Shown here in pieces: positions 10,603 through 20,504 of a stretch of DNA of 64,000 nt. The stretch's first letter is position 1, and each line of letters starts with the position of its first letter. Position numbers and translations under genes: made by a program. This stretch comes from Gammaproteobacteria bacterium (GTDB taxonomy: Bacteria; Pseudomonadota; Gammaproteobacteria; Ga0077536), in assembly GCA_030830685.1 (NCBI GenBank), contig JAURMM010000021.1, forward strand, positions 2,462 to 66,461. The letters run 5' to 3'. The notes below the pieces were generated by a model. The model was not told where the DNA came from. It worked only from the letters and a program-made list of their open reading frames with translations, and did no database searches.

Positions 10603-11967
10603 ATGAGCACTCCCAAGACCTTTGATTTTGATTTTTTCGTGATCGGGGCAGGTTCTGGTGGCGTGCGTGCCGCGCGCATGGCCGCAGGTTTTGGCGCCAA
10701 GGTCGCCATTGCCGAGGAGCGCTACTTTGGCGGCACTTGCGTGAATGTAGGCTGCATCCCGAAAAAGCTCTTCGTGTATGGCTCACGCGTTCCGCATGAT
10801 CATCGCGTGGCCGAAGGCTACGGCTGGCAGGGCCCGACACCCAGCCTCGACTGGTCGACGCTCATCGCCAACAAGGACACTGAAATCACCCGGCTCAACG
10901 GCGTGTATCGCCGTCTGCTGGAGGGCGCCGGGTGCACGATTCTGGAAGATAGGGCCGTGCTGGTGGACGCGCACACCGTGGCCGTTGCGGGACGACACTA
11001 CACGGCCCGTCATCTGCTGGTCGCGACCGGCGGCTGGCCCTTCGTGCCTGATATCCCGGGCAAGGAACATGCGATAACGTCCAACGAGGCTTTTTTTCTG
11101 CCGACATTGCCCCGTCGCGCCGTGGTGGTGGGCGGCGGTTATATCGCCGTGGAGTTTGCGGGAATCCTGCAGGGACTCGGCGCACAGGTGAGCCAGATTT
11201 ACCGTGGGGAGCTGTTCCTGCGCGGCTTCGATCAGGAAACCCGGGAGTTCCTCGCCGGCCAGATGCGCCACAAGGGCGTGGATTTGCGCTTCGGCCAGGA
11301 CATTGTGCGGATCGACAAACGCGCCGAAGGCTTGTTGCTCACCCTGCAGGATGGCAGCACCCTGGAGTGTGATGTAGTGCTCTATGCCACCGGCAGACGT
11401 CCCAACACAACAGACCTCGGTCTGGAGCAGTGCGGGGTGAAATGCGATGCGGCAGGCGCCATTCTCGTCGACGACCACTACCGCACCAATATTCCTTCCA
11501 TCTACGCCGTGGGGGATGTCACGAACCGCGTCAATCTCACTCCCGTGGCTTTGGCTGAGGGCATGGCGCTGGCACGGCGGCTTTTCGGCCAACAGGATAC
11601 GCAGGTCGATTACGACTACATTCCAACCGCCATTTTCAGTCAGCCCCCCGTGGGAACGGTGGGCTACAGTGAGGAAGAAGCCCGCACGCGTTTTGGTGCG
11701 ATCAAGGTCTACACCTCCACGTTCACACCCTTGCGCTATACCGTGAGCGCGGAGAAAGAACGTTCCTTCATGAAGATGATCGTGTCTGCGGCCGACGACC
11801 GTGTGGTCGGCATGCACATGTGTGGCGAAGAGGCCGGAGAAATCATGCAGGGCTTTGCGGTCGCCATGCGGGCCGGTGCCACCAAGCGGCAATTCGATAC
11901 GACCATCGGCATCCATCCCTCGGCGGCCGAGGAGTTCGTGACCATGCGCGAGCCGACGCGCACCTGA
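10603..11967 (+). CDS. gor: Glutathione-disulfide reductase
   Basis: It has an FAD motif [17 protein letters not shown], a redox-active site [13 protein letters not shown], and a C-terminal [15 protein letters not shown]. The start is set to the ATG at 10603. Confidence 0.9.
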   Translation: MSTPKTFDFDFFVIGAGSGGVRAARMAAGFGAKVAIAEERYFGGTCVNVGCIPKKLFVYGSRVPHDHRVAEGYGWQGPTPSLDWSTLIANKDTEITRLNGVYRRLLEGAGCTILEDRAVLVDAHTVAVAGRHYTARHLLVATGGWPFVPDIPGKEHAITSNEAFFLPTLPRRAVVVGGGYIAVEFAGILQGLGAQVSQIYRGELFLRGFDQETREFLAGQMRHKGVDLRFGQDIVRIDKRAEGLLLTLQDGSTLECDVVLYATGRRPNTTDLGLEQCGVKCDAAGAILVDDHYRTNIPSIYAVGDVTNRVNLTPVALAEGMALARRLFGQQDTQVDYDYIPTAIFSQPPVGTVGYSEEEARTRFGAIKVYTSTFTPLRYTVSAEKERSFMKMIVSAADDRVVGMHMCGEEAGEIMQGFAVAMRAGATKRQFDTTIGIHPSAAEEFVTMREPTRT

Positions 11968-11975
11968 ATCATCAG

Positions 11976-13334
11976 TCAAGCAGGGCCGGCGATATGCCGG
12001 CCCACGATGTAGCGGAAGCGCAGACCGAGCACCACGGCGGCGGTGCATAGCGCGAGCGCCAGACCGATCCAGATCCCACGTCCGCCCCAGCCGAGCCCAA
12101 GTCCGAGCGCCCAGGCCGTCAGGAAGCCGACGCCCCAGTAGATCGCGCCATTGATCAGCATGGGAACCCGCGTGTCCTTGAGTCCCCGCAAGGCCCCTGC
12201 CGCTGCGCTCTGGGTCCCGTCGCCCAACTGCAGGAAAGCCGAAATTGCGAGCAGCGAAGTGGCCAGCGCCACCACTGCAGGGTCCCGGGTGTACAGACCT
12301 GCAATGCGGGGCGCCGAGGCAAAGGTGGCGATGGCGATCGTTCCGGCAATGGAGAAGCACAGACCGACGCCCACAAATCCGGTGCGCCGCGCCTCCCGCG
12401 GGGCACCGCGGCCGATGGCTTGCCCCACCAGCACCGCAGTGGCAAACGCGAGCCCCAACGGGACCATGAAGACCAGTCCCGCATAGTTGAGCGTGATCTG
12501 ATGTGCTGCGGCGTAATCTGCACCCAACCGCCCCATCAACAAGGCCAGTGTGGTGAACAATCCTGCCTGCAGCAGCAGGGAAAGGCCGATGGGCCAGCCA
12601 AGCGCCAGCAGATGGACGATGGCACGCCGATCGGGCCTCGCCATGCCTCGCCAGAGGTCGAATCGCTCATAGTAGGGATGTCGTCGGACGTGCAGCAGAA
12701 TCATCAGAAACATGCACCAGAAGCTGATCGCAGTTCCGAGCCCGCAGCCTTGAACACCAAGTGGCACCAGCCCCAGTTTTCCGAACACGAGCACGAAGCT
12801 GAGCCCGACATTGATGAGCAGAGTCAGTCCGGTGACCACCATGATGGGCACCGTGCGCCCCACGCCTTCATTCATCTGCCGGAGCGCGTGATAGAAATAC
12901 GCGCCCGGCACACCCCATGACAGCGCGTGCAGATAGTCGACCGCTAGTTCCCTGATCTCCGGTGCGATGCCGATCAGACTGAGCAGTGGCGAGACATTGC
13001 GCATCGACAGGATGGCCAGGACTGAAATCCCCGATGCCAGCCACAGCGCCTGGCGTGTGTCATGGCCGATTTCCATCATCCTCTGGGCCCCGTAGTGATG
13101 CGAGACGGTGGGCCCGAGCGCCATGAGAATCCCGAGCCCCCCGAGAAAGATGCCGATCCAGAGCCCGGATCCGACGGCGAGCGCCGCGAGTGGCGTGGCG
13201 CCGAGGCGACCAATCATGAGGGTGTCCGCCACATTGACACCCATGCTGAAAAGATTATTGAGAATGAGCGGCCAGCCCACCAAGAACAAGGCGCGCAAGT
13301 CACGGCGAAGCTCCGGAAACCGGGCAGACACCAT
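11976..13334 (-). CDS. MATE family efflux transporter
   Basis: A polytopic membrane protein with the MATE-like N-terminus LFLVGWPLILNNLFSMGVNVADTLMIGRLG. Its ATG at 13334 overlaps the stop of the upstream ABC ATPase (ATGA). Confidence 0.85.
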   Translation of the reverse strand: MVSARFPELRRDLRALFLVGWPLILNNLFSMGVNVADTLMIGRLGATPLAALAVGSGLWIGIFLGGLGILMALGPTVSHHYGAQRMMEIGHDTRQALWLASGISVLAILSMRNVSPLLSLIGIAPEIRELAVDYLHALSWGVPGAYFYHALRQMNEGVGRTVPIMVVTGLTLLINVGLSFVLVFGKLGLVPLGVQGCGLGTAISFWCMFLMILLHVRRHPYYERFDLWRGMARPDRRAIVHLLALGWPIGLSLLLQAGLFTTLALLMGRLGADYAAAHQITLNYAGLVFMVPLGLAFATAVLVGQAIGRGAPREARRTGFVGVGLCFSIAGTIAIATFASAPRIAGLYTRDPAVVALATSLLAISAFLQLGDGTQSAAAGALRGLKDTRVPMLINGAIYWGVGFLTAWALGLGLGWGGRGIWIGLALALCTAAVVLGLRFRYIVGRHIAGPA

Positions 13335-14956
13335 CAAGGCAGACTCGGGACAGCCGCAAGCAGCATGCGGGTGTAATCCTGCTGTGGGGCGAAAAGTACC
13401 TCCCTCGCAGCGCCTGATTCGACAATACGCCCTTGATGCATCACCAGTACACGATGCGCGAGTTGTGCCACCACGCCGAGATTGTGGGTGATGAAGAGGT
13501 AGGCAAGCCCCTGCTCTTGCTGCAGCGCTTTGAGCAACGTGAGGATTTGTGCCTGCACGGAGACATCGAGTGCACTCGTTGGTTCGTCGCACACAATCAA
13601 TCGCGGCGCGACTGCAAGAGCCCGGGCGATGCTGATCCTTTGCCGTTGCCCACCCGAAAATTCATGGGGGAAACGCGAACTCCAGGCTGGATCCAGCCCG
13701 ACCTTTTCGAGCAAATTCCCCACATGAGCCGCTCTTGCACCAGGCTCGCGCAGCAGGCCTTGTGCAACCAGGCCCTCTTCCACGATTTGCTGGACGGTCA
13801 TGCGCGGATTCATGGAGGCGAAGGGATCCTGGAAAACCACCTGCAGTTCCCGTCGCGCGCGCCGCAGCGATTCCGGGGGAAGGGCAAAGAGATCACGTCC
13901 CAGAAAAGCCACCCGGCCAGACTGCGCCGGTTGCAGTCGCAACAGCGTTCTGCCGAGCGTGGTCTTGCCCGACCCGGACTCGCCTACCACGGCAACAGTC
14001 TCTCCCGCATGAACTTCCAGATTGGCATCAGTCACTGCTGCAAAGCTCCGGGTGCGTGACCACCAGCGTGCTCCGCGCTGCGGGAAGTGCACATTCAGAT
14101 CACGCACGGCCAACAGCGGCTCTCCCGTGACCGGCGACGGCGTGAGCAGCGCCGAAGGCGTAAGCCGAGGCGACACTGCAAAAAGATGCCGTGTGTAGGC
14201 ATGCACCGGAGCCGAGAAAAGCGCGTCCCTGCTGCCATGCTCGACCACACTGCCCTCCTTCATCACCACGAGACTGTCGGCCATGCGATGGGCGACCGCG
14301 AGATCATGCGTGATGAACAACATGCCCATGCCTCGAGCCCGCTGGGTTGCCTGCAGCAGGTCGAGAATCTGGGCCTGGGTCGAGACATCCAGTGCAGTCG
14401 TTGGCTCGTCGGCGATCAGGAAGTCCGGTTCGGCTGCGAGCGCGATGGCGATCATCACGCGCTGTTTCATGCCACCGGAGAATTGATGGGGATAATCCTT
14501 GAACCGTCTTTGCGGCTCTGGGATACCCACCGCGGCCAGTAGCTCCAGAACCCGTTCACGCAGCAGCCTTCCACGCAAACCGCGATGCCGCGTCAAGGCT
14601 TCACCTATCTGGTGCCCGATACGCATCACCGGGTTCAAGGCGGCCTGCGGCTCCTGGAATACGAAACCGATGCGGGCACCACGTACCGAATTCATCTCCC
14701 GCTCTGAAAGATGCAGCAGATCCCGTCCCTCGAGCCTCACGGATCCCGTAGCAACCCGAATCGCCGGAGGCAGCAAGCGCACGACGGCAAGCGCGGTCAG
14801 CGACTTGCCGCTGCCCGACTCGCCCACGAGCACGGTGGTTTGGCCTCGCTTCAGCGACAGACTCAGGTCATCCACCACCCTGGTGCTGGCGCCTTGCGTC
14901 TGCGCGACCAAGACGAGATTGGAAATTTCAAGCACGACCCTGGACTCCCTTGGCAT
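13334..14956 (-). CDS. Fused double-ATPase ABC transporter subunit (YejF/DppDF-like)
   Basis: There are two complete nucleotide-binding domains: GESGSGKS/LSGGMKQR/ADEPTTALD and GESGSGKT/FSGGQRQR/CDEPTSALD. The start is uncertain (ATG 14956 or GTG 14935). Confidence 0.9.
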   Translation of the reverse strand: MPRESRVVLEISNLVLVAQTQGASTRVVDDLSLSLKRGQTTVLVGESGSGKSLTALAVVRLLPPAIRVATGSVRLEGRDLLHLSEREMNSVRGARIGFVFQEPQAALNPVMRIGHQIGEALTRHRGLRGRLLRERVLELLAAVGIPEPQRRFKDYPHQFSGGMKQRVMIAIALAAEPDFLIADEPTTALDVSTQAQILDLLQATQRARGMGMLFITHDLAVAHRMADSLVVMKEGSVVEHGSRDALFSAPVHAYTRHLFAVSPRLTPSALLTPSPVTGEPLLAVRDLNVHFPQRGARWWSRTRSFAAVTDANLEVHAGETVAVVGESGSGKTTLGRTLLRLQPAQSGRVAFLGRDLFALPPESLRRARRELQVVFQDPFASMNPRMTVQQIVEEGLVAQGLLREPGARAAHVGNLLEKVGLDPAWSSRFPHEFSGGQRQRISIARALAVAPRLIVCDEPTSALDVSVQAQILTLLKALQQEQGLAYLFITHNLGVVAQLAHRVLVMHQGRIVESGAAREVLFAPQQDYTRMLLAAVPSLP

Positions 14957-16295
14957 CCGGCCCCAAGCGAGGGTCGAAGGCATCGCGCACGGTATCAGCA
15001 AAAACATTGGCAGCAAGCACAAGACCAAACATGCCACCCAAGGCTGAGGCGAGGCTCCACCAGATCACAGGCTCCCGCGCAAGCTCGAGGCGCGCACCAT
15101 TGATGAGGTTGCCCCAGCTCTCGGTACTCGGGTCGACGCCGATGTCGATATAGGTGAGCACGGCCTCAGCCAGTACCAGGCTGCTGAAGTCGAGCACGGT
15201 GGTGATGATCACGAGCGGCATCAGGTTGGGAAGCAAGTGCCGCCGCAGCAGTGCCGCGGAGGGGCTGCCTAGCGCACGGGCGGATGCCACGAATTCGATC
15301 GTGCTGAGCTTCATGGTCTCGGCGCGCAAGAGACGACACAGGCTCGTCCAGCCGGTCAGGCCGAGCACCGCGCAAAGCGCGAGCAAGCGGAGATCGGCGC
15401 GCAGGGCGAGGCTGTGCAGGGCGCCAGCCTCCCGGCTGAGAAAGAGGTCCAGGGACAAGGCAGCGGCCGCGATCAGCAGCACACCGGGGATAGAGGACAA
15501 GGTCGTATACAGATACTGGATCACATCATCCACCCATCCTCCGCGATAGCCGGCGAGCACCCCAAGCACCAGTGCAATCGGCAGCGTGATCAGCGACGCG
15601 AGCACCGCGAGCACGAGCCCCGTGCGGACACTCTTCAGGCTGAGATACAACACATCCTGACCAACCTTGTCGGTGCCGAGCACATGCCAGCCATCCGCCA
15701 GGCAACCCACAATCGTGATGCCAAGACACAACACACCCAATGCTGACCAATGCCAGCGCCAGGCCGGCTCCCACCACTGCGTGATTGCGCCCCGCAGAGA
15801 TCTGCCCCTCAGCTGATTTATCACCAGCGTGAGCACTACGAATACACCAAACCCGAGGGCAGTACCGAGCGCGATGCGCCGGACAAGATCTCGAGCAGTT
15901 TCCTCCGGGAGGGCAAGATGCCTGCCTCCGAATTTCAATCGCGGATAATCCCGTACCCAGAGGCCCGGGGCGTGCTCCAGGTTTTCACGTGCATGCGCGT
16001 GGGTGGCGAAAGGTGCCGAGTAGGTCGTCTCCATACCAGTACGCAATGGCGTCAGCACCAGATCGAGCACCGTGAGCGGCGCCTGCTCCGCCCTCTCCAC
16101 GCGCACGCTGTCCAACACCGCCACGGCGAGATAGACGCTGAGTACCAGACAGGCGATGCCACCCCCGGGCGAGTGCAGCACGCGGCTCCAGCGCGCCCGG
16201 GCAAGGGGCTCCCGGGCTGCGCTGTGGCCGTATACCGCAGCCAGCGCCAGCGCGCCTAGAAATAGCAGGTCGGTGGGCAGGAGCTGCAAGCCCAT
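14928..16295 (-). CDS. ABC transporter permease (YejE-like, long N-terminal extension)
   Basis: The C-terminal half has the BPD-transporter permease fold and EAA-like region (ARALGSPSAALLRRHLLPN). The start is set to ATG 16295, just after the upstream permease stop. Confidence 0.85.
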   Translation of the reverse strand: MGLQLLPTDLLFLGALALAAVYGHSAAREPLARARWSRVLHSPGGGIACLVLSVYLAVAVLDSVRVERAEQAPLTVLDLVLTPLRTGMETTYSAPFATHAHARENLEHAPGLWVRDYPRLKFGGRHLALPEETARDLVRRIALGTALGFGVFVVLTLVINQLRGRSLRGAITQWWEPAWRWHWSALGVLCLGITIVGCLADGWHVLGTDKVGQDVLYLSLKSVRTGLVLAVLASLITLPIALVLGVLAGYRGGWVDDVIQYLYTTLSSIPGVLLIAAAALSLDLFLSREAGALHSLALRADLRLLALCAVLGLTGWTSLCRLLRAETMKLSTIEFVASARALGSPSAALLRRHLLPNLMPLVIITTVLDFSSLVLAEAVLTYIDIGVDPSTESWGNLINGARLELAREPVIWWSLASALGGMFGLVLAANVFADTVRDAFDPRLGPDAKGVQGRA

Positions 16296-16299
16296 GGGT

Positions 16300-17283
16300 T
16301 CAGTTGCCACCGAGGCGAATGCGGGGATCAGCCCAGGCATACGCCAGATCCGTGAGTAACAGGCCCAGGATGTAAAGGAGTGAGCCAAGGAACACCATGG
16401 TCCGGACGATGGCGAAATCCTGGTTCTGGATGGCGTCGATCGTGTAGCTGCCGAGTCCGGGGATTGCAAAAAATGATTCCGTGATGAGACTGCCGAGGAA
16501 GAGGCCCGGCAGAGTGACCACAATCGTGGTGATGAGCGGAAGCGCGGCATTGGGCAGCACGTGCCTGAACAGGACACGCGCCTCCGACAAACCTTTGGCG
16601 CGCGCCGTGCGCACGTACTCCCGGGAGGTTTCTTCGAGGAATACCGTTCGGTTCCAGCGCACCCTTGCGCCCAGCCCTGCCAAGACCTGGACGACAACCG
16701 GCAACAGCAGAAACCTGAGGGCATCCCATCCTTCGGCAAAGCCCGAAATGGGCATCAATCGGAGCATCCTCGCAAACAGGAACTGCCCCGCGATGATGAA
16801 GAACAGGCTGGAGATGGCCATGGCGGCCACGCACAGCAAGGTGAGTCCACGGTCGAAGGCGCTGCCCCTCAGGAGCGCGACGGCCAGCCCGAGGGGCACG
16901 GCGATGAGCAATTCCAGAATCAGGACCGGCAGGGCGATGGCGAGGCTTGGCCATATGCGCTGACGAATGTCCCAGCCGATGTGTCGGCCACCGTCGGAGC
17001 GTCCGAAGTTGAAGGAGAAAAGCCGCGAGGACCCTGCGAAGAACAGAGTGTCGGTCACCATCGCCAGTCCGTTTTGCGCGGGGTTGAGGAATGCAGGCCG
17101 GTCATAGCCATGTGCGCGTTTCCAGTCGCTGACGGCAGCCGGCGAGACGTGGCGCTCACCGAGATGCCGTCGAGCCATGTCATCGGGAGAATTCACCACG
17201 AAGAACAGTGCAAAGGTCAGCAGGTTCACGCCGAGGAGAATCGGCAGGAAATATCCAAGCCGACGCACGAACCAGGCCGTCAT
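16300..17283 (-). CDS. ABC transporter permease (YejB-like)
   Basis: The sequence MTAWFVRRLGYFLPILLGVNLLTFALFF ... YVRTARAKGLSEARVLFRHVLPNA is Dpp/Opp-type permease. Its ATG at 17283 overlaps the SBP stop (ATGA). Confidence 0.9.
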   Translation of the reverse strand: MTAWFVRRLGYFLPILLGVNLLTFALFFVVNSPDDMARRHLGERHVSPAAVSDWKRAHGYDRPAFLNPAQNGLAMVTDTLFFAGSSRLFSFNFGRSDGGRHIGWDIRQRIWPSLAIALPVLILELLIAVPLGLAVALLRGSAFDRGLTLLCVAAMAISSLFFIIAGQFLFARMLRLMPISGFAEGWDALRFLLLPVVVQVLAGLGARVRWNRTVFLEETSREYVRTARAKGLSEARVLFRHVLPNAALPLITTIVVTLPGLFLGSLITESFFAIPGLGSYTIDAIQNQDFAIVRTMVFLGSLLYILGLLLTDLAYAWADPRIRLGGN

Positions 17284-19442
17284 GGCGCCACCGCTCGCGC
17301 GCGTTGACGCACCCGCCAAACCACCACAGCCATCAGCACCAGCACACCGATTGCGACACCCCATACCACCGCGCGCACAGGCTCGTTCCAGCGTGCCTGC
17401 AGCTTCACCCGCAATGACGGATCGATCTGGCGATACTTCAGGGTATTGCGCGCCATGAGATTGGGCTCGGCGGCATCCATCCAGGCATGCTCAAGCGCAT
17501 AGGCCTGCGGATGAAATCCCCAGAGCCATGGACTGTCGAGCCGCACGAGGGACACCATCTCATCGATCACCTTTTGCCGCGCCGGACCATTGGGCAGCGT
17601 GCGCATGCGGTGGAACAGGGCATCAAATCCAGGATTGGCGTAGTTGGCAGCGTTCTCTCCCAGATGCCGGGTCTTGCCATGCGGGCCATACAACAGAAAC
17701 AGGAAGTTCTCGGGGTCTGGATAATCTGCGTTCCAACCCCAGGTAAAGATCTGCGCCTCACCCTGCTGCACCTTCTCCTGAAAGCGGTTGTAGTCCGTGC
17801 TGCGCACCACGAGATCGATGCCAAGCCGCGCAAACTGCTTGCGGTACCAGCCAAACAACGCCTTGGTATCGGGGCCAGACGAAGTTGCATCCAGGTGCAG
17901 GACCAGAGATTTCCCGGTGGCCGGATCGATGCCGTCGGGGTATCCGGCCTCCGCAAGCAGCATCTGCGCTTCCTCGAGGGGACGTCTCAGCGCTCTGCCG
18001 TCCTGCCATCGGTAAACAACGGGGTTGATACCGGATTCGCCAGTGCGGTGACCGAAAATCCCGGGTGGCAGCGGTCCTTGCGCGGGCACGCCTCGTCCAT
18101 TGCCGAAGATTGAGATCAGCTCCTCCGTATCCACTGCGATGGCGAGCGCCTGGCGCAGCAGGCGCGCTCGACGTCCGCGGCCACCCACCACCGGGTCCAG
18201 CATGTTGAAACCGACGTAGCTTATCGACATCCGGGTCGCGACGGAGAGTCTGATCCCCTTCGCGCGCATCTCGGGCGTGATCTCGGGCTTGCCTTGCGCA
18301 TCAAACCTGATCGCCTGCTCAAATCCATCGGGGGCAATGGGAGAAGTGTCGTAATAGCCTTGGAGAAATTTGTTCCACTCAGGGATCTCTTCCTTCTCCA
18401 GCATGAAATGGATTTCATCGATACGCGGCAACCTGGGTTCTGCCGAAGGCGGCGCGGGGCCCCGCTTTGTTGTCTGTGCTTCCAGGGAGGGATAGTTCTC
18501 ACCCCGGAATTCCGGATTGCGTACCAGCACCATCCGGCGATTGGGATTGTTCTCGGCCAGCATGTAGGGGCCGGTACCGAGGGGGTGCCAGTCCAGGTTG
18601 AGATTGCGGTCGGCCATGCCGGGTTGTCCGTAGAAGCTGTCTGCTTCCCAGGGGACCGGCGCGAAAAAAGGCATCGCCAGCCAGTAAAGGAACTGGGGGT
18701 ATCGTTCCTTCAGCACTATCTCGAAGGTGTATCTGTCGATCACCCTTGCTCCCACCAGCGGGAATGCACGCAGGTCCAGCGGATCCGTTGAATGCGAACG
18801 CTCTTCACGCAACGTACGTGCGAGCGCATCGAGGCCTTCGATGTAGCGTTCCATGAAACCGAGAATGGGAGAGTGGAGATCCGGGTGGGCCAGGCGCTTG
18901 ATCTGGTGCACATAGTCAGCAGCAACCAGCTCGCGCGTACCGGTTGCACTGAAACCAGCGAGCGTGTCGGCCTCGGCAATCTCATTCTTGGTCAGTGCAT
19001 GGTAGCGGTAACGCCCGGCCCTATCCCGGGCGAGCGCGGGATGCGGGGCATAACGGATCCCGGGACGCAATCGCAACCTGTAGATCACCGACGCCACGGC
19101 CTGCTCGGTGACGGGTTCCTCCAGCCGCCGGCCCGTGGCATCGCGATAATCCACCTCCGGCATTGCCTGCAGGGTGAGAGGCACCAGTGCATAGGGTCGC
19201 TTCAGGTAATGGTATTGCAGGGGTGGTTCGTAGATCTGGCCGGTGAAAATGGCCTCGTTCTCGCTGTAGGAAGACACAGGATCAAGATGCCGTGGTGAAG
19301 TCTGGAAGGTCGAGAACAGCACTGAGCGACCACGGTCCGAGAGCGGATAAGGCGCATTCCATGGCCCGCCGTTGGCACCAGACGAGCCGCAAAAGAGGGC
19401 CGACAGTAATACGCCGCACAGCGCCAGCACCCGTCGCAGCAT
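17280..19442 (-). CDS. ABC transporter substrate-binding protein, family 5 (YejA-like)
   Basis: A signal peptide MLRRVLALCGVLLSALFCGSSGA is followed by a large periplasmic peptide/nickel-type SBP fold. It is the first gene of a 4-gene importer operon. Confidence 0.85.
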   Translation of the reverse strand: MLRRVLALCGVLLSALFCGSSGANGGPWNAPYPLSDRGRSVLFSTFQTSPRHLDPVSSYSENEAIFTGQIYEPPLQYHYLKRPYALVPLTLQAMPEVDYRDATGRRLEEPVTEQAVASVIYRLRLRPGIRYAPHPALARDRAGRYRYHALTKNEIAEADTLAGFSATGTRELVAADYVHQIKRLAHPDLHSPILGFMERYIEGLDALARTLREERSHSTDPLDLRAFPLVGARVIDRYTFEIVLKERYPQFLYWLAMPFFAPVPWEADSFYGQPGMADRNLNLDWHPLGTGPYMLAENNPNRRMVLVRNPEFRGENYPSLEAQTTKRGPAPPSAEPRLPRIDEIHFMLEKEEIPEWNKFLQGYYDTSPIAPDGFEQAIRFDAQGKPEITPEMRAKGIRLSVATRMSISYVGFNMLDPVVGGRGRRARLLRQALAIAVDTEELISIFGNGRGVPAQGPLPPGIFGHRTGESGINPVVYRWQDGRALRRPLEEAQMLLAEAGYPDGIDPATGKSLVLHLDATSSGPDTKALFGWYRKQFARLGIDLVVRSTDYNRFQEKVQQGEAQIFTWGWNADYPDPENFLFLLYGPHGKTRHLGENAANYANPGFDALFHRMRTLPNGPARQKVIDEMVSLVRLDSPWLWGFHPQAYALEHAWMDAAEPNLMARNTLKYRQIDPSLRVKLQARWNEPVRAVVWGVAIGVLVLMAVVVWRVRQRARAVAP

Positions 19443-19631
19443 GAGGCGCGAGTCTTTCCTCAGGCAGACCCTATGGAGAGGGTCAAAGGCTCTGGTCGCA
19501 ACAAGGACATCCATTGCGGTCGGCTTACCTGAGGAGAGGGGACAGGGAATGGCGCCCCACTGTACACTTTGTCCGACTTCGCGCCTACGCGCGGCACCAT
19601 CGGTTCATGACAGGAACGGAGCACGGATTCC

Positions 19632-20417
19632 ATGGGCATCTTGGCGGGCAAAAAAGCACTGATCGTCGGCGTCGCAAGCAACAAATCTATCGCCTGGGGT
19701 ATCGCCCAGGCCATGCATCGTGAGGGGGCCGAGCTCGCTTTCACCTACCAGAACGAGAGACTGAAGTCCCGCGTGGAGGAGTTCGCCGCAGAATGCGGCT
19801 CATCGCTGGTACTGCCCTGCGAGGTTCAGAGCGATGAAGAAATTCAGGCGGTCTTCAAATTGCTCGGGCAGCACTGGCAGCATCTCGATATCCTTATTCA
19901 CTCCGTGGCCTTCGCGCCGCGTGAGGCCCTGCAGGGTGAATATCTTGCGTCACTCACCCGGGAAAGTTTCTCGGTGGCCCACGAGGTCAGCTCTTACAGC
20001 TTTGCGGCACTCGGCCAGGCCGCCCGCCCCATGATGCAGGGGCGCGAGGGCGCGATGCTCACCTTGAGCTATCTGGGCGCGGTGCGAACCATGCCGAGCT
20101 ACAACGTGATGGGTCTGGCCAAGGCCAGCCTTGAAGCCAATGTGCGCTATATGGCCGAAAGTCTGGGACCGGAAGCCGTACGTGTGAACGCCATCTCGGC
20201 GGGTCCAATCCGGACGCTGGCCGCCTCCGGCATCAAGGACATGCGAAAGTTCCTTGATCACGTTGAAAAGAATGCTCCGCTGCGTCGTAACGTGACCATC
20301 GAGGAGGTCGGGAATGTCGCCGCCTTCCTCTGCTCCGATCTCGCCTCCGCGGTGACAGGGGAAATCACTTATGTGGATTGCGGCTACAACATCATGGGCA
20401 TGACCGGTTCACTCTGA
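19632..20417 (+). CDS. fabI: Enoyl-[acyl-carrier-protein] reductase (NADH)
   Basis: The sequence [25 protein letters not shown] ... [13 protein letters not shown] ... [14 protein letters not shown] is the classical FabI signature. Confidence 0.95.
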   Translation: MGILAGKKALIVGVASNKSIAWGIAQAMHREGAELAFTYQNERLKSRVEEFAAECGSSLVLPCEVQSDEEIQAVFKLLGQHWQHLDILIHSVAFAPREALQGEYLASLTRESFSVAHEVSSYSFAALGQAARPMMQGREGAMLTLSYLGAVRTMPSYNVMGLAKASLEANVRYMAESLGPEAVRVNAISAGPIRTLAASGIKDMRKFLDHVEKNAPLRRNVTIEEVGNVAAFLCSDLASAVTGEITYVDCGYNIMGMTGSL

Positions 20418-20504
20418 CAGAGCCGGTTCCGACGAGACAAGGCTCGCGTCGGCGAGCCCGTAGGTTTGAGAGGATAGGCCCACTGCTGGCGGGCCGGGAG
20501 TGAT

